NCBI GenBank assembly: GCA_965200355.1
Contig: OZ241351.1
Coordinates: 529,884-593,883, forward strand
Direction: 5' to 3'
Source: an uncultured Candidatus Binatia bacterium
GTDB lineage: Bacteria > Desulfobacterota > Binatia > Bin18
Length of the DNA stretch: 64,000 bases
Made by a program: the position numbers and the translations under genes. Shown piece by piece: positions 19,281 through 35,512 of this stretch. Under the pieces are notes generated by a model, which ran no database searches, was not told the origin of the DNA, and saw only the letters and a program-made list of their open reading frames with translations. Position 1 is the first letter of the stretch, and each line of letters starts with the position of its first letter.

Positions 19281-22005
19281 GCGGCTTCCTCGTGGCTGCG
19301 CAGCCGGCCTTGCAGCGCGGCCCTCACCTGGTCGGGATGCTCAACTTTTGCGCCTGTCCCATCAGTCACGTAGAAGACATCAAGGACTTGGTCAACATTG
19401 GTGGTGATTTTTGCCAAGTGAATGACCAAGCCGAGTTGGAATAAGGCGTGGGTCACCTCGAATAAGAGCCCTATCCGGTCTAGAGCCGTGACATCGACCA
19501 GGGTATAGGTTGGCGAGGTGGTGTTATCAATCGTAATCTCGGTCCGCAGACGCGGGCGGGAGCGTTGCAGAAAGGCCGGTGGCCGAGCCGCTTGCAGGAG
19601 GTCCTCAACGGTACGCTCACCGCGTAGGACGGCGTTCAGCCGCGTATAAAATCGGGCCCAGGTCTCTTCTGAGAGCAGCAGGTCTTGACCGTCCAGGTGC
19701 GACAGCCGAAAGACATCTAACGCAATGCCTTGTTGGCCGCTGCCTCTGACGCCGCTGGTGAAGGCGCGCGCTCCAGAAATGCTGAGTCCGCTGACGGTCA
19801 GGACACCGGCCAGCATGGAAAAAAGTCCTGGGCGGTCGCGGCTGGCCAGGGTGAATTCACTATATTCCTGCTCTGGAAAGTGATGCAGGCTGGCGCGGTA
19901 GGGCGTGTCAGCCGGCGCTTGAACAAAACGACGCATGAGTTGCAAGTGCTCTGGAACCGCCTCCTCTGGAGTTGTCAGGAAATAGCTGTCCGGCATGGCG
20001 GTCAGGAACCGGGTGAGCGGTTCGGCTGCTGCCTGTGCGCTGAGGCGCTGCCGGAGCCGCTCTTTCCGACGCTGGAGGCGTGTGGCTTGCTCTTCTTCAA
20101 CCAGCGCGCCCGTTTCCAAGCGCTCCAGGGTGCGCAGATAGAGTTCATTCAGCAGCCCCCCCTTCCAGCTATTCCATACCTTGGGGCCGACGGCCTTCAT
20201 ATCAGCAAATGTCAGCAGATAGAGCCGCTTTAAGCAGCCGGGATTCTCCACCGTGCGGGCGAAGTCAGCAATTTGGGCGTCGTCGGAAAGATCGCGCCGT
20301 TGAGCAATATGCGACATAAAAAGATGCTGGCGGACGAGCACCTGCCACTCGTGGGCCTCATCTGGCGGGAGCTGCCAGCGCTCGGCGGCCGTGTCCACCA
20401 TCTCGGCGCTGCGGGCGGAATGCTCAACGCCAAACCCCTTGCCGACATCGTGGAAGAGCATAGCCAGGAAAAGGAAGTCCACCCGGTCAATCTCCCGCAT
20501 GACCTGGGTCAGCAGCGGCAGACTTTCTTTATAGCTGCCGTCGCGCAAGCGTTCGAGTTCGGCCACGCCATGCAGGGTATGCTCGTCAATGGCATAGATG
20601 TGGTACAGGTCGCGCTGCGTTCGCCAGCGTAAGTGCCCGAACTCGGGCAACAGCCAGGCGAGCAGGCCGACGGCGTGCATGGCTCGCAGGGTTGGGGCAA
20701 CCCGCTGCTTCCAGGACAGGATGGCGAGAAAGGCATCGCGCACCGCGGGGCGATGAGCCGTGTGCGGCGCAAGCTCGGTCAGCGCCTGACGAATGGCCTG
20801 CTGGGTGTCGCGGCTACACGTGACGCCGTGGCGTTGGGCGTCGTGGAAGAGGGTGACGAGATTGAGCGGCTGCTGGGTGAGCATCTTGGGGTTAGTCACA
20901 TGCAGGCTCTGGTCAACAATGCGGATTCCCTCACGGATATTACGACCCCGTGGCCGGCCCAAGAAATTGAAGAGTCGGGACGGGGTGACGCAGCGCTCAA
21001 ACATGAACCGGGTAAACTCGTGAATGGTCGTGACGTGCTGGTAGTAGGTCCGCATGAACTGGGTGGCGTCTGCAAAGCCGCACGCCGGGGCGAGCCGGTC
21101 CTGATGTTCAAAGGTCAGGCGGTCCTGTTCGGTCTGCTCAAGCAGGTGGAGCCCGTTGCGCACCCGCCACAGGAAATCTTGGGCCGCCTCTACCCCGGCC
21201 AGGGTCGATTCCGAGACGACACCCTTGACGATGAGTTCACGCCAGTTGGTGAGCTTGAATTTTACTTTGGCCAGCCACCAGGCGGTATGTAAGTCGCGCA
21301 GCCCGCCACAGCCCTCTTTCAGGTGTGGTTCGAGCAGATAGAGCGAATTGCCGTGGCGCTGGTGGCGGACGCGGCTCTCTTCGGCCTTGGCCTGAAAAAA
21401 CTGCTCGGGGTGTTTCTCTACCAGGGCGCGGTGGATAGCGACCTGAAACTCCTGGGCCAGGGATTCTTCCCCGCACAGATAGCGGCTGTCGAGCAGGGAG
21501 GTTTTAATTTCAAGGTCCCGACTCGCATGACGGAGGCATTCCCGGATATTGCGGACCGCATGGCCGATTGTCCAGCCGGCATCCATCAGACTGTAATACA
21601 GGGTCTCCCACACCGTCTCGGCATAGGGGGTGATTTTCCAGTGGTAAAGGAAGAGCAGATCAATATCAGAATGCGGGTTCAACTCGCCCCGGCCATAGCC
21701 GCCCAGGGCAAACAGGCTACAGCGCTGGCTGAGACTGGTATAGCGGCGCGTGTAGAGACGAGTGGCGGCGGTAAAGACATACCGCACGAGCCGGTCAACC
21801 AGCGCGGTGTGGAGCTCGACCACGGCGCGCCCACTTTGGCTCTCTGCCTGCTGGCGTATCAGCACCTCGTGGACCTGGGTGCGATAGGTGCTGGTAATCT
21901 GAGCGAGGTTCCAGGCCGGATCAAGTTCCACATCCGGGTCTGAGGGCGGCAGGGGTGGCAGGTCAATGAGAGTGGGGGGTGGGTGTCGCTGACTGGCGTC
22001 CATTA
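19277..22005 (-). CDS. glnD: bifunctional [protein-PII] uridylyltransferase/uridylyl-removing enzyme GlnD
   Basis: Nucleotidyltransferase (GGYGRGELNPHSDIDL), HD domain (HDVGKG) and two C-terminal ACT domains. Start at MDASQRH (22005). Confidence 0.85.
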
Positions 22006-23163
22006 TACGCTGTCTTTCCCGATACGTGGTAACTCTTCTTTGATAAAGTGGGCAATCCCCTGAAAAAGCCCCTCCGCTATCGTCTCCCGATAGGCCGAGG
22101 AACGTAACAGCTTGCCCTGGACGCTGTGCGTCAGAAAGGACACCTCGGCGAGGACACACGGCATATGCGCGCCAACTAACACATAGAACGGCCCTTTTTT
22201 CACGCCAAGGTTACGGACCTTGGCGTGACGTTTGGCAATCTGGGTCATCATAGAGTCCTGGAGGGTGCGGGCAAGGGCAATGGACTCCGGTTCGTTCACC
22301 GTATGATACAGGTCGCTGAGAATAAAAGATAATTCGCTGCCTGGGGCTGCCAGGCCATTTTCGAGGTTCGCCAGCCGAATCGTCGCTCGATCATTGGTAT
22401 TGTTCAGATAATAGGTCTCCACGCCTTGCAGGCGCGGATTTTCACTGGCGTTGGCATGGATCGAAATAAACAGGTCCGCCTTCATCGCATTGGCCTGGGC
22501 CGTGCGTTCCGGCAGCGGAATAAAGACGTCCGTCTCGCGCGTATAGAAGACTTGAACCGGCAGACGGGATACGAGCTTCTTGCCGAGTCTTTTGCTGATG
22601 GCCAACACCACGGTTTTTTCCTTGAGACCGCCAACGCCGATTGCACCTGGGTCGCGGCCGCCGTGTCCGGGGTCAATCATAATCCGATATTGAGGAGGCG
22701 GTCGTGCGTGTTCGGCCTGCTGGCGGGGCGGAGTTTTCTTTTCCTTGCCTTTGACATCAACAATGAGTCGATACGGCGAGTAGAGCGGAAAAGCGGTATA
22801 GCTCTCAATCTGGTCCAGATCAAGCACGACCCGAGCGGTGGTGGGCGAGAACTGGCCGGTTCGGATGCGCTTGAGCAGGCCGTCGTCGATGGGAATGGGC
22901 GCCCGCAGGCGAGAATCAATCTGGGCTGAGGAGAAATCGATAACAATCCGGTCCGGCCGGTCATGGGCTTGGTCAGCCGCAATCTGGAAGTGCTTATAGT
23001 CTGCTTGGGCCGACAGGGTAATAATGACCCGGGTATAATCCGGGACTGAGGTATGCCGTATTTCTTCAAGTGTGGAACGAGGCGGGGAGAGGGCAAAGGC
23101 AAAAGACACTACGCTCGCAACAAGAACGCCCCCCAATCCCCACCGAAACACCCCACCACCCAT
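22003..23163 (-). CDS. amiC: N-acetylmuramoyl-L-alanine amidase (AMIN + Amidase_3, AmiC-like)
   Basis: Signal peptide. The Amidase_3 core reads IMIDPGHGGRDPGAIG...DLFISIHANAS. Confidence 0.8.
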   Translation of the reverse strand: MGGGVFRWGLGGVLVASVVSFAFALSPPRSTLEEIRHTSVPDYTRVIITLSAQADYKHFQIAADQAHDRPDRIVIDFSSAQIDSRLRAPIPIDDGLLKRIRTGQFSPTTARVVLDLDQIESYTAFPLYSPYRLIVDVKGKEKKTPPRQQAEHARPPPQYRIMIDPGHGGRDPGAIGVGGLKEKTVVLAISKRLGKKLVSRLPVQVFYTRETDVFIPLPERTAQANAMKADLFISIHANASENPRLQGVETYYLNNTNDRATIRLANLENGLAAPGSELSFILSDLYHTVNEPESIALARTLQDSMMTQIAKRHAKVRNLGVKKGPFYVLVGAHMPCVLAEVSFLTHSVQGKLLRSSAYRETIAEGLFQGIAHFIKEELPRIGKDSV

Positions 23164-23172
23164 AGGTAGAAC

Positions 23173-25685
<2,513 letters not shown>

Positions 25686-25782
25686 AGTTTTTCTCCTTGG
25701 CGTGATGCTCCCCGTCCCCTGAACGGCTGGGCGCATATAATAGAATCCCCTTCTGAGCGTCAAGGGGTAGAAAAGAGCAGCC

Positions 25783-26058
25783 TTATTCTTCGCCAAAACG
25801 ATTGGCGACGAGGCGAGTGAGTGCCGAGAGCGCTTCCTCGGCATCGTCGCCCCGAATCTGTAGCTCAAGAACACTCCCCTGCGGAGCGCCGAGCGTCAAC
25901 AGGTCAAGGACGCTACGTCCATTGGCCGTTTGTCCTGCCCAACTGACCGTGACCTCCACTTCGAGGGGCGTGAGGGTCTTGACGAAGGCTGCAGCCGCGC
26001 GGGCATGAAGGCCCATTGCGTTGAGCAGGGTCAGCTGGGTCTGGATAGGGGAGGTCAT
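25783..26058 (-). CDS. ptsH: HPr-family phosphocarrier protein (NPr/PtsH)
   Basis: [17 protein letters not shown] active-site His region. ATGA overlap with rapZ. Confidence 0.8.
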   Translation of the reverse strand: MTSPIQTQLTLLNAMGLHARAAAAFVKTLTPLEVEVTVSWAGQTANGRSVLDLLTLGAPQGSVLELQIRGDDAEEALSALTRLVANRFGEE

Positions 26059-26927
26059 GCCGCTGCTCTGTGTCGTTGCCTGTCGCGGTGCTGAATACGA
26101 ACGGTGTAGCCCCACCCCCGGATCTGTCGGCCCAGCTCTTCGGCGACGACGACCGAGCGATGCTGGCCGCCGGTACACCCAATGGCGAGGCTGAGATAGC
26201 TTTTGCCCTCCCTGGCGTACAGCGGGAGGGTCGATTTGAGGAGGGCCGACACCTGGCTCAAAAAGAGTCCGGTGTCCTCCTGACCGAGGACGAACTCGAC
26301 GACGGCGGGCTCGGTGCCGGTCTTGTGGCGGAGCGCGTCAACAAAAAAAGGGTTGGGAAGAAAACGGACATCCAGCATCATATCGGCGTCGATGGGCACC
26401 CCATATTTATACCCAAACGACTCAACGGTCATGAGGAAGGGCTGTTGGGCGTGGGGATAGCGTTCAATATGGCGCAGCAGGGCCTCCCGGAGTTCGTGCA
26501 CGCTATACGAAGACGTATCCATCACCACGTCCGCCGAGGCGCGCAGTCCGGCGAGCTGCTCCTCTTCGGTCCGAATCCCCTGGAGGACGCCCCCATCTCC
26601 AGCCGCGGGGTGGGGACGGCGGGTTTCGCTAAAGCGCCGCACGAGGACATCGGCGCTGGCTTCAAAATACACGATGGTGATCTGGTGGCCCTGCTGGCGC
26701 AGCCCTTCAAGGACCGTCGGGTAGGCGGGCAGAAAAATACGCTCGCGCAGATCAATGCCCAGGGCGACTCGCCCAATCTCTTCCTGATTATTCTCGCTGA
26801 GCTCAAGAAACTGGGGGATGAGGGTCACGGGGAGGTTATCAATGCAGTAGAACCCATGATCTTCGAAGGCGCGGATGGCGGTACTTTTCCCCGAGCCTGA
26901 TAGACCCGTGACGATAACGACCTGCAT
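26055..26927 (-). CDS. rapZ: RNase-adapter/nucleotide-binding protein RapZ (YhbJ)
   Basis: [33 protein letters not shown] is the canonical RapZ N-terminus. Confidence 0.85.
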   Translation of the reverse strand: MQVVIVTGLSGSGKSTAIRAFEDHGFYCIDNLPVTLIPQFLELSENNQEEIGRVALGIDLRERIFLPAYPTVLEGLRQQGHQITIVYFEASADVLVRRFSETRRPHPAAGDGGVLQGIRTEEEQLAGLRASADVVMDTSSYSVHELREALLRHIERYPHAQQPFLMTVESFGYKYGVPIDADMMLDVRFLPNPFFVDALRHKTGTEPAVVEFVLGQEDTGLFLSQVSALLKSTLPLYAREGKSYLSLAIGCTGGQHRSVVVAEELGRQIRGWGYTVRIQHRDRQRHRAAA

Positions 26928-26956
26928 AGCTGTCCTGACCGCGTGCGGCCTCCCCG

Positions 26957-27418
26957 CTACAGATTATTATCTTCCTCACAGATCAGCCGGTGTAAATCCG
27001 CCGGGCTGCCGCCCTGGAGCAAGCGTTCTCGAAACGCCTTGTCCTTCAAGAGTCGAGAGACCCGGGCCAGGGCCTTGAGGTGGACGCCGGCAGAGTCCTC
27101 GGGCGCAACGAGCAAGAAAAACAGCCGCGTCAACCCGCCGTCAAGAGAGCGACAGTCCACGCCGTGCCGGCTCAGGCCAAAAACAGCGACGACGTCCTTG
27201 AGGCCAGACAACTTGCCGTGCGGTATGGCAATGCCTTCGCCAATGGCCGTTGTGCCGAGCCGTTCGCGGTCCAGGAGGACGGCGACCAACTGTTCGGTAT
27301 CGACCCCTGGTGTGTGCTGGGCGAGGTGCTGGGCGAGCTCGCGGAGCACCTCGGTCTTTGTGCGCCCCTGGAGCTGGGGGAGGATGGATTCTTGGCTGAG
27401 AATGTCAACGACACGCAT
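26957..27418 (-). CDS. ptsN: PTS IIA-Ntr nitrogen regulatory protein
   Basis: PTS EIIA type-2 fold with GIAIPHG phosphorylation-site His. Lies directly downstream of rpoN. Confidence 0.8.
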   Translation of the reverse strand: MRVVDILSQESILPQLQGRTKTEVLRELAQHLAQHTPGVDTEQLVAVLLDRERLGTTAIGEGIAIPHGKLSGLKDVVAVFGLSRHGVDCRSLDGGLTRLFFLLVAPEDSAGVHLKALARVSRLLKDKAFRERLLQGGSPADLHRLICEEDNNL

Positions 27419-27452
27419 GGGAGTATTCCTTCGTTACACCTGGGACTGCCGC

Positions 27453-28904
27453 CTAGCGGACGCATTTCCGCTTTGCCGAGGAAAGAATATGGAGGCCCTC
27501 TCTGTACTTGGCAACGGTCCGGCGCGCAATTTTGATATGACTGCGGGACAGCATTTTGGCAATTGCTTCATCACTCAGGGGCTTGGACGGGTCTTCCCGC
27601 TCAATAAAGGCCCGAATTTGCGCCTTGACGCTTTCTGCGGCAACGTCTTGTCCAGAGCGGCTCTTCAGGCCGGTGGTGAAGAATTTTTTGAACGGATACA
27701 GCCCGCGGGGCGTGGCAATATACTTGCCGGCGATGGCCCGACTGACGGTTGACTCATGCGCACCAATCTCGTCCGCCACATCGCGTAATACCAGGGGACG
27801 CATATGGGCAACGCCATAATTCAGAAAATCCTGCTGGAATTTGACCAGACTCTCGGCAACCATGAGGACAGTCCGCTGGCGTTGGTGAATGCTCTTAATC
27901 AGCCAGGCGGCCGCCCGCAGTTTCTCCTGGACATAGGCTTTTGCCGCGCCGTCTTGGGCGAGTAAGTAGCGATACGCCTGACTCACTTTGAGACGTGGCA
28001 AACCCTCTTCGTTGAGCGTCACCCGATACTCATCTCCAATTTTGTGGACATCCACATCTGGGGTGATATAGCGAATTTCCCCGCCACCGTAATTGCGTCC
28101 GGGTTTGGGTTCAAGGGCCGTAATGAGTTTGACCGCTCGCTGAATTTCTTCTGTCGAGGCGTGGAGCTGCTTGGCCAGCCGATCATACCGCCGTCCTTCA
28201 AGGCTGTGGAGATAGTGCCGGACAATCGTTGTTGTCAGCCGGAGCAGGGCCTCGTCAAGCGCCCCGCTCTCAGGCTGGGCCGCCTGTAGTTGTAACAGCA
28301 GGCATTCCTGGAGCGTGCGGGCACCGACTCCAATCGGGTCGCAGGCCTGAACAATCCGCAAGACCCGCTCAACCTCCTCGGGGCTGGCGTCGGCGCTCTC
28401 TGCGAGTTCCTCGATACCGGCCTCCAGATAGCCGTCAACGTCCAGATTCCCGATGATCAGAGAGGCGAGCTGTTCTTGTGTTGCGGTCAGGCTGCGGAAG
28501 CGGAGCTGCCAGGTGAGATGGTCGGCCAACGACTCGGTGCGGGACAGACGGTCCTCTGGGGCAGTGTAACGCTGACCATCCGCGTCTTCGTCTCCCGTTG
28601 GCGCAGGGGCCGACCGCTCGTGACTGTTATTATAGATGCTGAGATAGGTCTGCCAGTCAATCTGGTCCTTTTCTGGGCGCACGTCATGGGTGGCGGTCGG
28701 CTCTTCGCCCTGGCCGCGGCTGTCGTCAAAAATCGCCTCGTCCTCGGTCACACGCTCAAGGACTGGATTCTCCGCTAACGCTTCATCAACGAGCATATCC
28801 AGCTCTCCACGGGGCAGTTGCAGGATTTTAAGGGCTTGACGCAACTGGGGCGTCATGACCAGTTTTTGGGTTAATTTCTGAGTCAGTCTGAGGTCTAACC
28901 CCAT
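27453..28904 (-). CDS. rpoN: RNA polymerase sigma-54 factor
   Basis: N-terminal Gln/Leu-rich region I, core-binding domain, and a C-terminal RpoN box (ARRTVAKYRE). Start at MGLDLRLTQKL. Confidence 0.9.
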   Translation of the reverse strand: MGLDLRLTQKLTQKLVMTPQLRQALKILQLPRGELDMLVDEALAENPVLERVTEDEAIFDDSRGQGEEPTATHDVRPEKDQIDWQTYLSIYNNSHERSAPAPTGDEDADGQRYTAPEDRLSRTESLADHLTWQLRFRSLTATQEQLASLIIGNLDVDGYLEAGIEELAESADASPEEVERVLRIVQACDPIGVGARTLQECLLLQLQAAQPESGALDEALLRLTTTIVRHYLHSLEGRRYDRLAKQLHASTEEIQRAVKLITALEPKPGRNYGGGEIRYITPDVDVHKIGDEYRVTLNEEGLPRLKVSQAYRYLLAQDGAAKAYVQEKLRAAAWLIKSIHQRQRTVLMVAESLVKFQQDFLNYGVAHMRPLVLRDVADEIGAHESTVSRAIAGKYIATPRGLYPFKKFFTTGLKSRSGQDVAAESVKAQIRAFIEREDPSKPLSDEAIAKMLSRSHIKIARRTVAKYREGLHILSSAKRKCVR

Positions 28905-28926
28905 ACTCCTCCCACCCCTGTCTTCC

Positions 28927-29658
28927 CTAGAGGCGGAAGCGCTCTCCCAGGTAGACCTCTCGGGCGCGACTACTCGCCATAATTTCCTGGGGCGTCCCTT
29001 CTTCAAACACACTGCCATCGCTCAGAATATAGGCGCGGTCGCAAATGCTCAGCGTTTCGCGGACATTGTGGTCGGTGACAAGAATACCGATCCCGCGTTC
29101 GCGTAATTGCACGATAATTTCTTGGATATCGACAACGGACAGCGGGTCAATGCCGGCAAAGGGTTCGTCGAGGAGCATGAAGGCCGGCGACATCACCAAC
29201 GCGCGAGAAATTTCGACTCGCCGCCGCTCTCCTCCAGAGAGTGAATCCGCCCGATTGGCAGCCAGATGGCTAATCCGCAATTCTGCCAGGAGCTCTGCCA
29301 GCCGCTCCTCCCGCTGCGCCTTATTCAGGGCGGTCGTCTCTAAAATCGCCATCACATTTTCCGCCACGGTCAACTTGCGGAAAACCGACGGTTCCTGGGG
29401 CAGATAGGTCACCCCCCGGCGGGCCCGCTTGTGCATCGGCAAGGTCGTAATCTCGTCAGTATTATAATAGACCTCGCCCTTATCGGGTCGAATAATACCG
29501 ACGATGATCGAAAAGGTCGTGGTCTTGCCGGCCCCGTTGGGGCCGAGTAAGCCCACGACTTCGCCGCCGTGGACGCCCACGCTGACATCACGCAGGACCG
29601 CGCGTTTCCCATAGGTTTTCCATAAGCCGGCGGCTTGGAGGACTGGCGTATCGCTCAC
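28927..29658 (-). CDS. lptB: LPS export ABC transporter ATP-binding protein LptB
   Basis: GPNGAGKTT, LSGGERRRVEISRAL, LLDEPFAGID. Confidence 0.9.
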   Translation of the reverse strand: MSDTPVLQAAGLWKTYGKRAVLRDVSVGVHGGEVVGLLGPNGAGKTTTFSIIVGIIRPDKGEVYYNTDEITTLPMHKRARRGVTYLPQEPSVFRKLTVAENVMAILETTALNKAQREERLAELLAELRISHLAANRADSLSGGERRRVEISRALVMSPAFMLLDEPFAGIDPLSVVDIQEIIVQLRERGIGILVTDHNVRETLSICDRAYILSDGSVFEEGTPQEIMASSRAREVYLGERFRL

Positions 29659-29697
29659 TCTGCGCCTCTTTCCCTGCCGTGTCTTTGCCCCTGCGTC

Positions 29698-30306
29698 CTA
29701 GTCGGGAATCAGGACCATCTGGGCTTGTCGCTTGCCCTTCCCGCCCTTCACGATACTGCGATTCTCGTCCAGAAAGACGGTGACGATATCTCCCTTGACT
29801 TGGTTGGGGCCCTCCCGAAGAACCGCGTTACCCCTGAGCGTGACTGTGCGCTTTTCCTGATTAAAGATCGCTTTCCGGCTCGTGGCACGCCGTTCGCCGG
29901 AAGTAATTTCAACCCTGCCCTCGGCAACAATATGCTTGAGCCGTTGCTGGGCGGTGGCACTCGCGCCTATCGGTCCGGGGTCTTCATACCGCACCGTCAG
30001 CCGGTCGCTCTTTAATGTCATCTCCCCCTGGGTCACCACCACATTCCCGCGATACTGGATACGATTCTCTGCATAGAAGAACTCGAGGTCATGTGAGCGG
30101 ATATGAATGGGAGCCTTGCGAGAGGTGAGTGACAGGGAATCCGCAAGGGTCGCGGCTGAATCCTGGACCGTCTGGTCGGATGGACCTTGTTGGGCGTCTT
30201 CGGCTGCCAACCTCAACGGAGCCAAGAACAAGGGGAGGGCAAGGATTGCGGGCAAGACCAGCCGGCCCGTCCCCGCTGATGTTGAGCGCATTAGCCGGAC
30301 TCCCAT
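29698..30306 (-). CDS. lptA: LptA/OstA-like periplasmic LPS transport protein
   Basis: Signal peptide plus an OstA-like beta-jellyroll. Position between lptC and lptB. Confidence 0.7.
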   Translation of the reverse strand: MGVRLMRSTSAGTGRLVLPAILALPLFLAPLRLAAEDAQQGPSDQTVQDSAATLADSLSLTSRKAPIHIRSHDLEFFYAENRIQYRGNVVVTQGEMTLKSDRLTVRYEDPGPIGASATAQQRLKHIVAEGRVEITSGERRATSRKAIFNQEKRTVTLRGNAVLREGPNQVKGDIVTVFLDENRSIVKGGKGKRQAQMVLIPD

Positions 30307-30881
30307 GTGACTTCCGTTTCGACTTCTGCCTTCAGGACCAATTGCTTGGCATCGACGGCGACGGTGTAGCCTTTGCCGGCCAGCCGAAATCCTGGACCGA
30401 CACCATGGACGACCCCGTCCGAGAATATGGTGTTCTTCTGGCGGTCGTAGGTGGCCTGCTCGGTTTTGAGGAAAACATCTCCCATCTGTATCTCAAGGTT
30501 GCCTCGGAGGTCGATGTGGAGCAGGTCTGATGTCCCATCCAGGTGGACTGTGGCTTCCTGACAACGGAGCGCGAGCGCTTTGCCATCGCTGAAATAGAGC
30601 GAAACTGCGGGAGTGTCAATGACGACGGCGTTGGTGTCGGCAAAATATCGGGCCTGCCGCGCCACGATTTCCCACACTTTTTTGCCGTCTTGCATCTTCA
30701 CCCGGCGGAACTCCGTCATGCGTTGGACCAGGGTGTGTTCGGTCATGTCTGCGGTCGAGAGTTCATCGATGAGGCGGGCGGTCGCCGGGTCGCTCCCTAC
30801 CTGAGAACTGATATAGCCCAGGATAAGGATGAGCCCGAGGACGGTCAGTCCCAGCATAAAGCGGATTTGATGGCGACTCAT
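30291..30881 (-). CDS. lptC: LPS export system protein LptC
   Basis: Single N-terminal TM anchor plus an LptC fold. Synteny immediately upstream of lptA. Confidence 0.65.
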   Translation of the reverse strand: MSRHQIRFMLGLTVLGLILILGYISSQVGSDPATARLIDELSTADMTEHTLVQRMTEFRRVKMQDGKKVWEIVARQARYFADTNAVVIDTPAVSLYFSDGKALALRCQEATVHLDGTSDLLHIDLRGNLEIQMGDVFLKTEQATYDRQKNTIFSDGVVHGVGPGFRLAGKGYTVAVDAKQLVLKAEVETEVTWESG

Positions 30882-30974
30882 GTCAGTATTCCAGCCAGCG
30901 TCAACAGCCTAGCACCTCTCCTGAACGAATCAAAGAAGAGTAGGCCGACGGGCGCAACATGACCATGCCTGGCG

Positions 30975-34307
<3,333 letters not shown>

Positions 34308-34311
<4 letters not shown>

Positions 34312-35117
34312 ACCGAACCCGCCGGGGCGGTCTTGCCCCGCCGGCAGACCGGACGGAGCGGGCAGCGTGGGCAGCGAGGGCTACGAGCCACGCAAATGGT
34401 TGCCCCCACATCCATAATGGCTTGATTAAAGACATGGGCCTGTCCCTTGGGGGTCACCTGCCGGGCAACCGTCCAGAGAAAGCGAGGCGTGCGCCGCTGA
34501 GGAGTCAGGCCGAAAAATCGCCGCAGCACCCGGGCCGCGTTCGTATCCAGAATAGCGGCATCTTCGTGAAAAGCGAAGCTTGAGACAGCCCCCGCAGTAT
34601 ACGGACCAACGCCGGGCAGTTTGGCCAGCTCCTCCGGGGCGCGCGGGAACTGGCCCTGATGGTGGGTGACGATCTGTTGGGTGGCTTTGTGCAGATTCCG
34701 GGCCCGGGCGTAATACCCCAGACCGTCCCAGGCTTCACGCACCTGGGGCTCGCGCGCTTGCGCCAAGTCCTCGGCCGTGGGGTATTGCTGGAGGAATTTC
34801 TCGTAATACAGCAAGGCGCGTTGGACTTGGGTTTGCTGGAGCATGACCTCAGACACCAGAATCTGATACGGGTCGCGTGTCCGCCGCCAGGGCAGATCCC
34901 GGCCGTGCTTCCGGTACCAGGCAATCAGGCGACGTTGAAAGGCCCGGATGGTTGCCGGATGAGCAATCCGCGGCTCTTTGCCCTGCCGTGCCTGGGCGGG
35001 CTTGGGTTTTGAGGTACGCGCCACTGTGGCCTTCTTGTGACAGAAACCGGGCACTGGGGAAAGGGGATTCGTCTTGACTCCGATAGGCAGAGTCACTAAG
35101 GTAGCGGCGCGTTTCAC
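34308..35117 (-). CDS. HhH-GPD DNA glycosylase with 4Fe-4S cluster (MutY/Nth family, no NUDIX-like C-terminus)
   Basis: LPWRRTRDPYQILVSEVMLQQTQV, helix-hairpin-helix LPGVGPYTAGAV, and a Cys cluster CVARSPRCPRCPLRPVC. The N-terminal ~60 aa may not be translated. Confidence 0.75.
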
Positions 35118-35135
35118 GCAGGAGGCGAGGCCGTC

Positions 35136-35405
35136 ATGACGGGCCAGGAAAACTTAGAAAAAATGATTGCAAAAATCCTCCATCGTCACTGCGAGTTTGG
35201 CTGGGCCCACTACTACATCCCCAGCGAGAAATTCCCCAAGTTAGTAGAAGAACTCCTCAAGGTCCTCCAGCCGGCCGACGAAGCCGGGGAAAGCGAACTG
35301 GTGAAACTTTTTCTTGAGTTGAGACGCCATACCTCTGAGCAGGAACGTGTCGGTCAACTCCTGACCCATTACCGGGTGCTGAGACGGAGCGGCGCTTCAT
35401 CATAG
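35136..35405 (+). CDS. hypothetical protein (89 aa)
   Basis: ORF only. Confidence 0.3.
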   Translation: MTGQENLEKMIAKILHRHCEFGWAHYYIPSEKFPKLVEELLKVLQPADEAGESELVKLFLELRRHTSEQERVGQLLTHYRVLRRSGASS

Positions 35406-35512
35406 CACCTGGTCTGTCTCTGTTCCCCGCTATTCTTGGACCGGTGTTGAAGCAAAAGCGGGGGCTCAAGGGATTTGACAGCCTCCCATCCGGCAGATAG
35501 TACCTTCAGTGC

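Noticed and set aside
27453-29018. Extended 521-aa rpoN reading starting at 29018
   Set aside because: The extra N-terminal 38 aa overlap the lptB 3' end and lack sigma-54 region I features. The start was set at MGLDLRLTQKL (28904).
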